Assembly: GCA_051294375.1 (NCBI GenBank)
Contig: CM119263.1
Span: forward strand, 21,436,494-21,500,493
Direction of reading: 5' to 3'
DNA from: Paraspadella gotoi
Lineage: Eukaryota; Animalia; Chaetognatha
DNA: 64,000 nucleotides
Within the stretch, counting starts at the first letter, position 1; every line of letters begins with the position of its first letter. The position numbers and the translations under genes are program-made. Positions 40,240 to 54,069 of the stretch are shown here, in pieces. The notes below the pieces were generated by a model. The model worked only from the letters and a program-made list of their open reading frames with translations, was not told the DNA's origin and searched no databases.

Positions 40240-41222
40240 AGAAACAGGCTTCCGACGCAGTGTCTGTGAAAGAGAGAATAAGAGGGGGAGAGAGAGAAAG
40301 CGCGAGAGAAGATCAGCTGTGTGACTCGCTCTCTCTCACGAGCTGGCTCTCTCTCTATCTTCTTTCCTTCTCGCTCGTTTTTCAGCCGCGATGACCCGGA
40401 CGCGGCGTCCGGCAGGGAAAGCGAAGATGCGTTGTCATGGTCACCGTGACGTCGAAGGTCACGTGATACCAGAGTCGAGATAAACAAAAGGTTTGAAGAG
40501 GTCCGGGTTGAGAAGAAGGAGATTGAGAAGAAGAGGGGATGCGATTCTGATCAAATCGACAAGAGTTTTCGTTGGAGAGAATTAGTTTTTTTTTTATATA
40601 TAAATTTTTCTTTTTCTTTTCTTTTCTTTATTTTTCGAAATTTGCCAAAATCGAACACAATAAATACCTTGTAAACTTTTTAACAAGTTGAAGTTTTTAT
40701 CGTCGAACTTTTTTCTTTACTTTTTCGAAATCAAATTTTCAGGTCAGCTTTTTCTTCAAAATTTAGGACTTTTTTTGTGTGTCCTTTGTAGCACGAGGGA
40801 GCAAAGGTGACGCTTTTATTTCTTTTACTAAAATAAAGTTTTCGCCTTTTTCTTTTTTAAAAATATTTTTTCGTATTAAAAATTTTCAATCGATGAAATA
40901 AATTCTTTTATTTTTCGCCAAATTTGGGAACCGAGTTTCTTCGACTCTCAGACGAAACTTGTGAAAAGTTGGAAAATATTCGACGCCTTAAAAACTTGTG
41001 TCGTCGTCGTTGTGGGCGTCGTCGTCGTTTTTCTCTTCGTCGTTTCCGTCGTCGTCGTCGTCGTCGTCGGAGCCGGCGCTTCGTTGTCACTCGGAGTCAT
41101 TGTAAAATCGCGCCCAGGAGCGCCGCTTTTTCCAGCGCCGCTTTTCGAACGCCGCTTCCCGACGGCGCGCTCGCGCTACCCGGATCGCGCGAGACCTGGA
41201 GAGAGAACGCTCTCTCTCTCTT

Positions 41223-41254
<32 letters not shown>

Positions 41255-41697
41255 TTGAACTCGCTCTCTCGCTCGCTGTCGCTCTCCCCCCTTCTTCGTT
41301 TCGTTTTCGAGAGGAGAAAAGAGAGAGGGAGAGATAGGTAAAGAAGAAGAGAGACAGAGAGAAAGACACAAGAGACGAATCTTTCGTGGAGTCGAAAAAA
41401 TTGTTGACGCCGGCGAACGGAGACGACGAAAGGTGGCGTGGATGACGGAAGATGGATAAAGTGGGCGATGGTGGGGACTTGTGGTCGGGGAGAGGTAGGT
41501 TAGATAAACGGATGGTAAGTATTAAAAGTTTTTAAAATATTTTAAGTTAATTTGAGAATCAGTGTCAGTTTTTAATTTGTGAATTTCTCTCGTTATTTTT
41601 TTATTTTTGTTTTCGTGTTATTAAAGAGAAAGTCAAAGACATAAACGATTATTTCAAAACGCTGTAGCGAACGTCTTCGATATCGTCACTGGCGTGA
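35217..41697 (+). repeat. Tandem duplication: 35217-38566 ~ 38582-41697
   Basis: Colinear copies; ORF translations 35328..35666 and 38689..39027 are identical, and the remainder of copy 1 carries many insertions. Confidence 0.95.
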
Positions 41698-44519
41698 CTG
41701 GCTAGTAACTCACGCGCGCGTGAAGTTGCGAAGACAAAAAAAAGGTGAAAAAAAAGAAAGAAATAATGAGGAGAAAAACGAAGAAGAAAAGTTTTTCACT
41801 GAGAAGAAAAAAAATATAAATTGGAGGTCGANNNNNNNNNNNNNNNNNNNNNNNNNNNNNNNNNNNNNNNNNNNNNNNNNNNNNNNNNNNNNNNNNNNNN
41901 NNNNNNNNNNNNNNNNNNNNNNNNNNNNNNNNNNNNNNNNNNNNNNNNNNNNNNNNNNNNNNNNNNNNNNNNNNNNNNNNNNNNNNNNNNNNNNNNNNNN
42001 NNNNNNNNNNNNNNNNNNNNNNNNNNNNNNNNNNNNNNNNNTCTTTCTCGACGTCTCGCTCTCTGTCTTTCTCTTTTTTTTCTTTTTATCTTCAAAAGCA
42101 GTTGGCCGTATATTTCTTTTTTCTCTCTCTCTCCGTCTCTCTCCAGGTTTTTCAAACGTTTTTGAGAGAGAGTTCGCTAGAGTGAGAAAGGAGGAATAAA
42201 GAAGAATTTTTTTCTTCTTTCCTTTTATCGTTTCTTTTCTCTTTCGCTTCCTATATTTTTTTCTTTCCTCCGCGCGGATTTGCGTCCCAGGGACGGAAGA
42301 TGAAAAAAAAGTTCTATTCTTTTTTTTTATTAGNNNNNNNNNNNNNNNNNNNNNNNNNNNNNNNNNNNNNNNNNNNNNNNNNNNNNNNNNNNNNNNNNNN
42401 NNNNNNNNNNNNNNNNNNNNNNNNNNNNNNNNNNNNNNNNNNNNNNNNNNNNNNNNNNNNNNNNNNNNNNNNNNNNNNNNNNNNNNNNNNNNNNNNNNNN
42501 NNNNNNNNNNNNNNNNNNNNNNNNNNNNNNNNNNNNNNNNNNNNNNNNNNNNNNNNNNNNNNNNNNNNNNNNNNNNNNNNNNNNNNNNNNNNNNNNNNNN
42601 NNNNNNNNNNNNNNNNNNNNNNNNNNNNNNNNNNNNNNNNNNNNNNNNNNNNNNNNNNNNNNAGAAGGATGCGAAAATAAAGAAGAGAAAAAAGAAATTG
42701 AAACTTACTGTGGAAATAAAGAAGGGGATGAAGCAATTACAAAGAAATAAAAGAAAAAAGTACACAGAGGCACCGACGGAATTTTTCTTTTTCTTGTTTT
42801 TTTTTTATTTTTTTTCTCTCTTTCAAGTTTTATTTTTTTCAATGTTTCCCACGCGCTTAGACAATGTTTTTTTTATTTCGGGTTAGGGGCGAAGGCAGCA
42901 GCTTCAAGATTTTTTTTATCAGTCGCCCCTGTGAAAAAAAAATCCTAGTTTTTTTGAATGAAGCGAGAGAAGGAAAAAAAAAACTCTGGATTCCAGTTTT
43001 TGCTTAAAGCTCATTTCTTCTCTTCCTCCTCTTTCCCCTTTTTTCTCCTCGTCCTCGTCTTATTTCCTCCTCTTCCTCCTCCTTTTTTCCTTTTTTCCTC
43101 CTCCTCTTCCTACGTCTCCTTTTTCTTCGTCGTTTTCTTCTTCTTCTTCCCAGGCGCCTTTTTTTTTTGAGGAAAACCCAAAGGCACGGCAGGAACGTAT
43201 GAAAGGAGGAAGAAAACGTTTCCGCGCAAAAATCAGTTTCTTTTTCTTTTTCTTTCCTTTCCTCGACCGCGGANNNNNNNNNNNNNNNNNNNNNNNNNNN
43301 NNNNNNNNNNNNNNNNNNNNNNNNNNNNNNNNNNNNNNNNNNNNNNNNNNNNNNNNNNNNNNNNNNNNNNNNNNNNNNNNNNNNNNNNNNNNNNNNNNNN
43401 NNNNNNNNNNNNNNNNNNNNNNNNNNNNNNNNNNNNNNNNNNNNNNNNNNNNNNNNNNNNNNNNNNNNNNNNNNNNNNNNNNNNNNNNNNTTTTTTTTTT
43501 ACAATGTTTTTTTCCCTTCCGTTGCTAGGGAACCGAAGCTGCGTTTTATTTATATTTTTTATTTTCTTTTAATCTCGTTATTTTCAAGGCACGGGAGAGT
43601 AAGAGAGAAAAAAAATTCTGTGAGGTTGATTTTTTTTCTGGCCGTCGGAAATTCAGTGTTTATGTAGAATTTTTTCCAAAGTTATGAAGACGGTTTATTA
43701 ATTACTTTGTTTGTTTGTTTTTTGTTTGTAAACAAATCTGTAAAAATGCAAGATGATTTCGCGATTAGCATCAAAGCGACGTTCGTTCATCGAAGTGAAA
43801 TCTTTTCGTCTCATCAACGGAGGCACTCGCTCTCGCTCTGGTTCCATATAGATTCGATATCTCTTTCTCTCGCTCTCCCTCTCTCTTTCTCTTAACGCGC
43901 GCGTTCCACCTTGGATTCACGACGCGTCCAGAATTGACCCACGAAAAATTCTCCGTCAGAGACGGCGACATAAAAAAAGAATAAGAATCCGAGGCTCTGG
44001 TTGGTGGAAGCAATAGTTTCCCTCGATCTCATTGGAGGAAAAACACAGATAACGTTTTCTAGTGTTAGGAGAGAGAGAGAGAGNNNNNNNNNNNNNNNNN
44101 NNNNNNNNNNNNNNNNNNNNNNNNNNNNNNNNNNNNNNNNNNNNNNNNNNNNNNNNNNNNNNNNNNNNNNNNNNNNNNNNNNNNNNNNNNNNNNNNNNNN
44201 NNNNNNNNNNNNNNNNNNNNNNNNNNNNNNNNNNNNNNNNNNNNNNNNNNNNNNNNNNNNNNNNNNNNNNNNNNNNNNNNNNNNNNNNNNNNNNNNNNNN
44301 NNNNNNNNNNNNNNNNNNNNNNNNNNNNNNNNNNNNNNNNNNNNNNNNNNNNNNNNNNNNNNNNNNNNNNNNNNNNNNNNNNNNNNNNNNNNNNNNNNNN
44401 NNNNNNNNNNNNNNNNNNNNNNNNNNNNNNNNNNNNNNNNNNNNNNNNNNNNNGATAGAAAAAACATTGGTCGGGTGAGTTAAGTCGAAAGGCTATAATT
44501 GGTCGAAACCGACCCGCCG

Positions 44520-44553
44520 ACGAACGGTGATTGGCTGAATCTTCATCGATTAG

Positions 44554-44594
<41 letters not shown>

Positions 44595-44725
44595 CCGAGT
44601 TTGTTTTTTACTCCTCACCTGGAAACCGTCGTCTCATGTTTATTCAATTTCTTTTCGAGTTCAGCGACGTGATTGGGTCACGTGTTCCTAAACATCACGT
44701 GACTGGTCCAATGACGTCATCTCTC
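44520..44725. promoter_or_regulatory. Candidate cis-regulatory module (CCAAT boxes, two E-boxes, CRE, GAGA tract)
   Basis: ATTGG at 44530 and 44672, CACGTG at 44679, TCACGTGA at 44695, CCAAT at 44708, TGACGTCA at 44712 and (CT)n at 44557-44590. Confidence 0.45.
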
Positions 44726-47700
44726 GAGATCCATATTTACAACCGACAACTCTCGTAATCTTTGCCAAATTTCGGTTGACAGGCCCCAAATCTTTTTTGA
44801 GGTGCTATGCAATACGAATAAATGTTTCTGACTTTGTTCAGTAATACTTTAAGAATAGTTTTATTGTAGATTTTATTCTCAATGAAGACGACCATTGATA
44901 ATGCTAAGAATTTTGAAATACCAGATAAAATCTTTATTAAATTTAAAAGTTTTATGGTAATACAAGCTATTTTCGTTTCATTTTTTTCCTTTTTTCTTTC
45001 TTATTCGAAAAAAATGAGAAAATTTTTTTTTTCAAAAACGGGAATTAAATTTATGAGAAAAAACTGAATTGAAAAAAAAATTCCCCCTCCTCTTTTTATT
45101 CCTTTTTTTATTTTTATTTTTCCCCGAATTTTAAATTAAATTCATCCTTTTTTCCCTTCAGTACGAAACGAACCCAAAAAAAGTCATAAACTGAAATATT
45201 TTTCACAGTGTCACCCGTCCCTGCGGCGGCGGTAGTGGCTGTGGTGCTGGACGCAGCAGCGTCGGCTGCTGATGACGGTGCGAAAAAAAAGGAAAACGCA
45301 TTCAGCTTTTGTAATTTAAACATTGAAGAATGCAATATTTAGTTTAATTTGATTATTTTCTCGCGTCATCTAGACTTGGCTATTCTTGTTTCATATTTTA
45401 AACCTCGAGATTTGTTTCCTCCTTCGTTTAATGTTTTCGTGTAAGTTTTGAGTAAAATATTCTCATTTATGTAAAAATGTCACACTAACAATTCTTTTAC
45501 TTCAACTTTTGTCTTACAGTTTTCGTCGCTTTAGTTTCATTACATTTTTCAATTTTGATTTTTCCTTTTTTTAGTTTTGATTCCTTCTCCTCTTTTTTTA
45601 TCATTATATTTTCTCTTTTCCTCACTTTAAACTTCTTCCTTCTCTCTTCTCCCCATTTCTCTCGTTTTATCTTTCCTCCCAATTTTGCTTTTCTCATTCT
45701 TTTTATTCTCCCTTTTCCTCTCCCCCCTTTCCTCCTCCTCCTTTCCTTTCCTCCTCCTCCTTTCCTTTCCTCCTCCTCTCTTTCCTTCCATTCTCCTCCC
45801 TTTCCTTTCCTCCTCCTCCTCCCTTTCCTTTCCTCTGTGCTCCACTTTTTTTGGGAGGAAAAAAAAACAGACGAATAGAGGATAAAACCATAAAAAACGG
45901 AGACGGAGCCGAAGAAAAGAAAGAAAAAAAAACGAAGCAAAAACCGCAGCAACTCAGGAGCCTAACCAGGCGAAATTCAAATGAAAATGGTAGGCTAAAC
46001 AGGCGAAAAAATTATCAGGCGACGAACCAATCAGGCATGTCCACTCGGAGTGGATTTTTTGAGTCATCTATGGGATGAAAATGTTGATAAAGATTAAAGA
46101 AGAGATTTAGTATAAGATGTTGAAAAAAACAAGAATTGCAAGACTCAAGGAGAATACCAAATCTTTAATAATTAATCAATCAATCATTTACGCAATAACT
46201 CAATGACACAATTAACGGTTGCATCGGTCACGACGGAAAATCAATAAGACCAAATCTAATATTTTCAAATTCATAACGTTTTTAGTTTTTATCGCCGAGA
46301 ATAATCCTGTGCGCACGAGTTCGCTCCCTGCGACAACGTTCGAAATTATCTAAGTAAAGATGATTAAACTAGATTATAAACGATAGACAATGATAAGGTG
46401 CGATGACCTGGGATTAATTACTTAGAAAATATACGCTTAACCCTTCTACATATTCGGTGCGAAATTCATTCGTCGTCGTCGTCGTCGTCATCGTTTTCGG
46501 CAATTCCATTTTGGCTCCGGTGAAAAGTGATGTCACGATTTGCCACGAGATGCCACGAGACGAAACTGATACCGATATTTGCCTCTAAATGCCGCGAGAT
46601 ATCTCCAGATGTCTCTCGATGCCACTTACCTTCTTACGGAAATAATCGCGTTTCTCGAAAACGGATCTCAGACGTTGGAAAAGATTTAGAGAGGCTTTCG
46701 CTTTCCCCGACTNNNNNNNNNNNNNNNNNNNNNNNNNNNNNNNNNNNNNNNNNNNNNNNNNNNNNNNNNNNNNNNNNNNNNNNNNNNNNNNNNNNNNNNN
46801 NNNNNNNNNNNNNNNNNNNNNNNNNNNNNNNNNNNNNNNNNNNNNNNNNNNNNNNNNNNNNNNNNNNNNNNNNNNNNNNNNNNNNNNNNNNNNNNNNNNN
46901 NNNNNNNNNNNNNNNNNNNNNNNNNNNNNNNNNNNNNNNNNNNNNNNNNNNNNNNNNNNNNNNNNNNNNNNNTAGGAACGAAAATGTAAATAAAAGTTCG
47001 TAAAGTCATACTAAAGATTTACTTCATAAATTTCTCCTTGAAAATACTTGAAAAAACCTTTGTATTAACTATCGGAAATTCGTTGTTTTGCTCGCGAAGT
47101 TAACAAAATGTTTTTATTTTACAGAACCGGGCAGCGGCGAGCGGAAGCGGCAGCGGCTGCTGCGGCGACGCCAGCGGTAACAAACAATGGCGGCCGATCG
47201 AAGAAGCGGCNNNNNNNNNNNNNNNNNNNNNNNNNNNNNNNNNNNNNNNNNNNNNNNNNNNNNNNNNNNNNNNNNNNNNNNNNNNNNNNNNNNNNNNNNN
47301 NNNNNNNNNNNNNNNNNNNNNNNNNNNNNNNNNNNNNNNNNNNNNNNNNNNNNNNNNNNNNNNNNNNNNNNNNNNNNNNNNNNNNNNNNNNNNNNNNNNN
47401 NNNNNNNNNNNNNNNGAGAGAGAGAGAGAGAGAGAGAGATAGTTCCAAAGGACCGAGGAAAAGAAAACGGATATGGCATAAAAAATTGAGCGGCATCAGA
47501 GGAAAAAGCCGCAGAGTTTTTTCTTTTCTCCTATTTTTTTTCTTTTTCCACCATCTCCTTTTTTCCCTCCTTTTCTGAGTTTTCCCTTTTATTTACTCTC
47601 GGGGGAAATCAAGGGAAAAAAAGATAAAAAGATAAAATTTTCATTTCTTAAAAATAATTTAAAACAGCATTCGAGAGAGAGATTGTTCCATGGTACAAAT

Positions 47701-50700
47701 AAGGAACAAACGCGGAACTGGGAATCTCTACACGTATATGCTGGACGTGGCACCGAGTCCATTCGTCTCTCTCTTTTTCTCTCTCTCTCTCTACTCTCAG
47801 TCTCTTCGTCTAGCTCTCTCGTCTCTTCTGCTCGTCTCTCATCTCCTCTCTATTACTACTCTGCTCTCTCTCGTTGCTCTCTCGTCTCCTTCGCTTCTCG
47901 ATGCTTCTTTCTCTCTCTCATCAGTCTCTCATCTCATCTCTCTCTCGTCTCTCTCTTCGTCCTCTTTCTACTGCTTCTCATTTTTATTTGGCCTTTTGAT
48001 GAGATTCGTCCATTCAATGAGTTGATCGCTGTTTCCGAGAAAAGAAATGTAGGTCAGAGTTCATCAGATCTTCTTCGCTTGTTCCTCATCTCATGTTAAT
48101 TTTTATCCCCTTTAACCACCCTCTGCGTCCCCCGCTCCCTCTTCTCTCTCTCTCCTCTCTCTCGTCTCTTCTTCTCGTCTTAGTTCTACTCTCTCTTCTA
48201 GCTACCTACCTCTTCCCTCTCTACGCACTATCCCCATACTAACGCGTATTTATGGGACAACACCCATGTTTCTAAGAATGAACTGAATAAAAACTCGGAT
48301 ATTTCTCTCGTTCTCGTCATTTCATGCGGCCTATCCTTTCGTCCAAAGATATGCTTTCAGCCTCAACTCTCTCTCTCTCTCTCCACTACTTCTCTATCTC
48401 TTGCTCTCTCTCTCTTCTCTCTCTCTCTCTCTCGTGCTCGTCTCTCGTCTCTCATCTCTCTCGTCTTGTAATCGCGTGTTTCTTCCTGGCCTTTGCCAGT
48501 TCGTCGTGTTGACTATTCTCTTCTCTCTCACACGCTCGCCTCTGCTGTCTCTGTTTTAGCCTCGTCTCCATCTCCGGAAAATACAATTTTCCCCTGACGA
48601 GAGTGACGAAACGGCCTCACGTCGAACTATCGTTAGAGGGCGTTGTCTTCAGCCTTCCCCGCTGACGTCGTCTTCGTCGCCATTGACTAATGGGTTCGAG
48701 GGGGTCGGTCGGTCGGTCAGAAGGGTGATGGACAGGACCTTGGATCGTTTTATAGAAGACTAAGTTTGAGAAAAGAAAAGAGCGAATTACTGAAAGTAGA
48801 ATTAAAAAAGGTCGATTCGAAAAACCTGTCCCTTGCCATAAAAACTTGAGAACAAAAAGATGAGACATGTGAAAGGCGAATGTGAGGAGAGAAAAGAAAA
48901 GGAAAAATGGGGACATAGGAAACCATAAAGCGGGAGTTTTACCTCCAGGTTGTCCGAGAAAAGGGAGACCCTTTTCTCTTCTTTTGGTCTACATTCGCCA
49001 AAATGGCCGTCGTCGTCTTCGTCGTCGTCGTCGTCGAAACAAGAAACTTGGATATCGCAATTTCTCTTTCTTGTCTTCGTTGGTGAAGTGAAAATTGGAA
49101 AAAAGAAACTGGTGGTGAATTGTGGTGACTCTATGGTAGTATGCTGCAGCATAATTTTTGTGAAATGCGTTTCGTTCAGATATTTCATAGCGCAACGGCC
49201 GTAAAAAATAAAAGCTCAGCAAACATGATTGAAATTATACGTAGATATACGTATGATGTAATAAGAAAACTTTTGATAAGCGCCCATATTGCTATTTATT
49301 GTAAAATTAGATTGTAAAATGTATAAAGAATACTGAAAGAAGAAAATAAAGAATTTGGTTGCTTCGCTAAGGTTTTTTTTCTTTTTGCCCTACTTGTTCT
49401 AGCGTTTGACCTAAAAACCAGAAAAAGATTTCTCGGACACTTTCTACCATTTTCTCCATTTTTCTTTGATGGTATTTTTTTATGCTCTTTTTGTTTTTCT
49501 ACTTTTCTCTTAACGTGTAGCGCTAAAGATTTTTGTTGGTTATTTCTAAGTATTAATTTATGCTCGACTAATTTTCGTTTTTTCTTGATCTTTTCTAAGT
49601 GGATTTTCGATGAAATTATGTATAAGATCTTACAGAGAAAGGACGAGCAGAGAAAAGATGAGAAGATACGAGAGACTGAAGACGAAACGAACAGAGAGAA
49701 AGAGAGATGACGAAAAGAAAGAGAGAAGAGGTAAAAGATCGAACGACAGAAGCACCAAGAGAAGATATGAGAAGCATAGAGCAGAGGAACGACAGACGAG
49801 AGAGAGAGAGCAGACACGATGACCTGGAGAGAGACGAGAGAGCAGAGAAGAGAGAGAACAATTAACCTTCACAATGATTTGACCAGGACAAACCATGCTG
49901 CACCTCCGCCAGTCAAAGTCGATGTTCGGATCCAACTCAGAACGCCGGCCACCACAGCCACTACCGCGCGCAAGCTGCCTAGTTGAACCCGGAAAAAGGG
50001 TCAAGGCGACGTCGGGTGGCGCCAGGCAAAAAGCTGACCGCTGCCCGATCACGCGTGGGCTGCGTGCTGCGTGCGCGTGCGAGATTTTACTCTGCCGCTC
50101 ACGAGCNNNNNNNNNNNNNNNNNNNNNNNNNNNNNNNNNNNNNNNNNNNNNNNNNNNNNNNNNNNNNNNNNNNNNNNNNNNNNNNNNNNNNNNNNNNNNN
50201 NNNNNNNNNNNNNNNNNNNNNNNNNNNNNNNNNNNNNNNNNNNNNNNNNNNNNNNNNNNNNNNNNNNNNNNNNGAGAGAGAGAGAGAGAGATTTCATGCT
50301 CCTCGAGGTCAGTCGGGTCAGGGCGTAGGCGTTGCCCGGGTAAGTCAACCGGGTCAGGAGTGGGCGGCCGGCGTCTCGACCGAGAGATGGTGAGTTACGA
50401 TCGCGAGGAGAATTTAAAGGACATCGACACCAAATTCAGTTGAGATGAAGAAATCAAAAGCAGCGATGCAGATGGACTGTGAGATCGAGACTTTCATTTC
50501 GGGCTCGTTAATTTCTTTCTTTCTTTTTTTCTTTCTTTCTNNNNNNNNNNTTAATTTTTTTTCTTTCCTTTTTTCTTTCCTTCTTTCTTTATATCTTTCT
50601 GTTTTTTCTCCTCCTATTTTTTTTTCTTTGTTTTCCTTGATCGTATTTCCTTCTTTCCTCTCTCTCCTTTCTCTCCCTTCTCCCTCCCCGCTCAACTTCC

Positions 50701-53509
50701 TTCACCTCTCTCTTTCCAATTCGGCCCTGGGTTTTCCAAAGGACCATCATTTAAACAACAGAAGTTGACCTACATTTTCGTTGGCACGTTCCATCGTTCG
50801 CTCGTTCCATCGTTCGCTCGTTCCTCTTTCCAAGCCTTCTTTCTCCGAGGCTTCGGCGCTGAGCGTTTTATGTCCCCAGCTTCCTTGCCTCACTGCTTCC
50901 CTTCCTCACTGTATGTTGGGTCATTCTTTCATTGCTACAGTTTTCCTCCTCCACGTTTTATTTCTTTTCTTCCTTATGTATTTCATTATTTTTGCAATAA
51001 AGTCTACGTACCTTTTATGGTTTTTACTATTTTTTCTTAGTTTTTTTATACAGTTGTCTTCAGTAGTTCAAGAATTGGGCTAATAATTAGCTATTTTTAC
51101 AATGAGACACAAAATGCCCTTCAAAATTTTTTCATTCCCAATCTTTGCACCTCCTCACACCATCCTCGCACCTGCTATCTTGGGCCTATAATAATTCAAT
51201 CAACGCTCCACCTCGCTTCTTTCGCCCAACTAATAAAGCGCCTTGGTCACACAAGATTGCCACCTCACAATTTCGCCCAACAATATGACACCTCATATAA
51301 CTTCTTCTTGACAATATGGCACCTCCATTTCCAAGGAGATGGCACCGCCTTAATCCGCTCGCCATACGGTACCCTGCACCTGCGTCATAACTTCCGCGCT
51401 AAAGATGAGAGGGGTCGCACGAACGCACGAACTCACCCGACATTTTTAATGTAAACAATGACGCATTCGTTTTTGTTTTTCCTTGTAAAAAAATCCAGAT
51501 CACAATCTGACACTGAGAATGAAATACGAATCTGGCTTTTTGGAAAAAGCGATGTNNNNNNNNNNNNNNNNNNNNNNNNNNNNNNNNNNNNNNNNNNNNN
51601 NNNNNNNNNNNNNNNNNNNNNNNNNNNNNNNNNNNNNNNNNNNNNNNNNNNNNNNNNNNNNNNNNNNNNNNNNNNNNNNNNNNNNNNNNNNNNNNNNNNN
51701 NNNNNNNNNNNNNNNNNNNNNNNNNNNNNNNNNNNNNNNAACGCAGCTCGAGGTCGAAATTAGATTCTTACAATCTCTCACGCGCGATTGTGTGACCGTG
51801 AAATCAGAAACGATGGAGGGGGGGGCGAGGTTGCGAACAAAATTGGTCCCGTTGGGAGAAAATCGTGAAATCGCCCGTTTTTACAATATGTAGGGTGGAA
51901 TCTATAAATAAGAAAGGTCATCGAACCAAATGTTCGGGAGGAGAGATAATATCCGAGTTCTTTTAAAGGTTCTCTTTCTTCTTCCCCATAGTTTTTAACT
52001 TCCCTCCATCCCGTTTCTCTCTCCTCCCTTCTCCCTCCTCGCCTCGCCCCTTACCCCAAACTCGTTGCTACAAATGCCACCAAAATTCAACCTCGGTCCG
52101 AGATGCAGCGCGCGGGGCTTTGAACTACTTTTTTCCAGCTCTCCTACGCCGCTGTGAACGAACACATTATCGGAGGCTGCGCGTCAGTGTCGGCGGCGGA
52201 GACTGCGGCTTACAATGGTGCCACTGGCCGCTTCTACAGCTTGCGAATCTGTGAGGAGAGAGAGAGGAGAAGGGGGGCGGTNNNNNNNNNNNNNNNNNNN
52301 NNNNNNNNNNNNNNNNNNNNNNNNNNNNNNNNNNNNNNNNNNNNNNNNNNNNNNNNNNNNNNNNNNNNNNNNNNNNNNNNNNNNNNNNNNNNNNNNNNNN
52401 NNNNNNNNNNNNNNNNNNNNNNNNNNNNNNNNNNNNNNNNNNNNNNNNNNNNNNNNNNNNNNNNNNNNNNNNNNNNNACAAATTTTGACCTTGAGAGAGA
52501 ATTTCCGATAAAATGAAGAGAAATCTGCTCATCAATTTCGACGAAAATAGATGCGTTAAGTTTATCGTTGTGGAGAACAAACCCTCTGTAACGTAAAGCA
52601 ATTGATGAACAAACGAACAGTAGGCAAAAAAAAAAACAAAAAACAACAAAACTAGGGGTAGAAGTAAACTACAACCCCCCCCCATTCTCCTTCCGATCGA
52701 TCCTTCGCAAAGCCTCGACTCCTCCGTTTCCCCGTGATTCATGGCACGGAAAAACCATTCCCTTCCGTTTAATAGCGCCCATGCTGCCAAACTTACTAAT
52801 ACAATAATGATGTAAAGCATAAAAGTAGGGCAGGCTCGGTCGCGCTCCGTCGCGAAAAAGTTTGGAGGGGTTGGCGGTGAAGAAAGAGGGGGTTTGGCTT
52901 AAGGGAGAGGGGAGGGGGCGGACAAAGAGAGTTTGATGAAGGGCAAACGCGGCCGTGGGCCCTTCGACGCGGCCTTCTTTCGCGTGCCATTCAAGGTCGG
53001 GATTCGCCCACTGTCCGTCGCGCGTTTTCGATGCTTTCGTTTTTCTTTGTTATTTTTTTATTGTTTGATGAGTTTCTGTTTCTCTCATTGCGCTTACATC
53101 TTTTCCGTTTTTGCTAATTCTTGTTTTAGAATTCCTGAAACGTTTCTTTGGGGCTTTTCCTCTGTTTCTTTTCTGTTTTCTGGAGTTTCTGTATCTGAAT
53201 AATCTAAGTGGAAGAGCAGCCGGCGAATCTTTCCTCGCTAAAACCGGGAAAAGGGAAAATCCTAAAAACTTAAAATCGCGGGAGGAAACTGAATCTAGAG
53301 ATGGAATCGGGAGATGGAATCGGCTTCGATCGTTGATCTTCGTTTCGTTTAAAGTCAAAAATATTCTCTCTTTGTTTCCTCCTAAATGGAAGAGAACTAT
53401 CAAGAAGATAATTTTTGGATTTTTGGTTTTTCGTTTCTTTTCATTTCGATGTCCCAGTTTTCGCGTTGAAACCAAGATCTTATTTCTGTTTTATTTTGTG
53501 AAAGTAAAG

Positions 53510-53513
<4 letters not shown>

Positions 53514-53599
<86 letters not shown>
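53514..53599 (+). repeat. (GA)n microsatellite, representative of dozens of GA/TC tracts in the window
   Basis: Read directly; other long tracts at ~10645-10737, ~11275-11327 and ~13210-13290. Confidence 0.95.
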
Positions 53600-53602
<3 letters not shown>

Positions 53603-54069
53603 TAATACCTTAAGGTAAGAAGAACGCAAGCGCAGCAACTTACCACCATAACCAAGAGTGATAACCGTGTTGAGGTCACCGACTCTGAAAGACCGACATC
53701 TACGGTCGAGGGTAAGAATCTCCGAATATCTTTTGTTTGTATTTCGTTCTTTGTCTTCGACGCTATGAGGCGTGAAATCAGAAGGACGAAAACGCACAAG
53801 TTGTTGCTTTGTTGTCGCAATCTACGTTGTTGTTTTCTAAAGGGTTTTTACGGTCTTGATTTTTGTAGCAATNNNNNNNNNNNNNNNNNNNNNNNNNNNN
53901 NNNNNNNNNNNNNNNNNNNNNNNNNNNNNNNNNNNNNNNNNNNNNNNNNNNNNNNNNNNNNNNNNNNNNNNNNNNNNNNNNNNNNNNNNNNNNNNNCTGT
54001 TTACTATACAGATATTGCCGTTTATCACTGGTAATATCATTATTTATTATATTTCATTATAATATCATT

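Noticed and set aside
41710-42765. 351-aa ORF and other X-rich ORFs
   Set aside because: Their length comes from N runs.
45268-45285. CTGATGA-cggtgc-GAAA
   Set aside because: No stem II pairing and no stem III or cleavage triplet.
48594-48620. CTGACGA-gagtgac-GAAAC hammerhead-like string
   Set aside because: Stem II is only 1 bp, there is no convincing stem I or III, and it lies in error-prone sequence.
49860-50500. GC-richer segments flanking a gap, possibly coding
   Set aside because: No recognisable protein motif in any frame, and the surrounding sequence is low quality.
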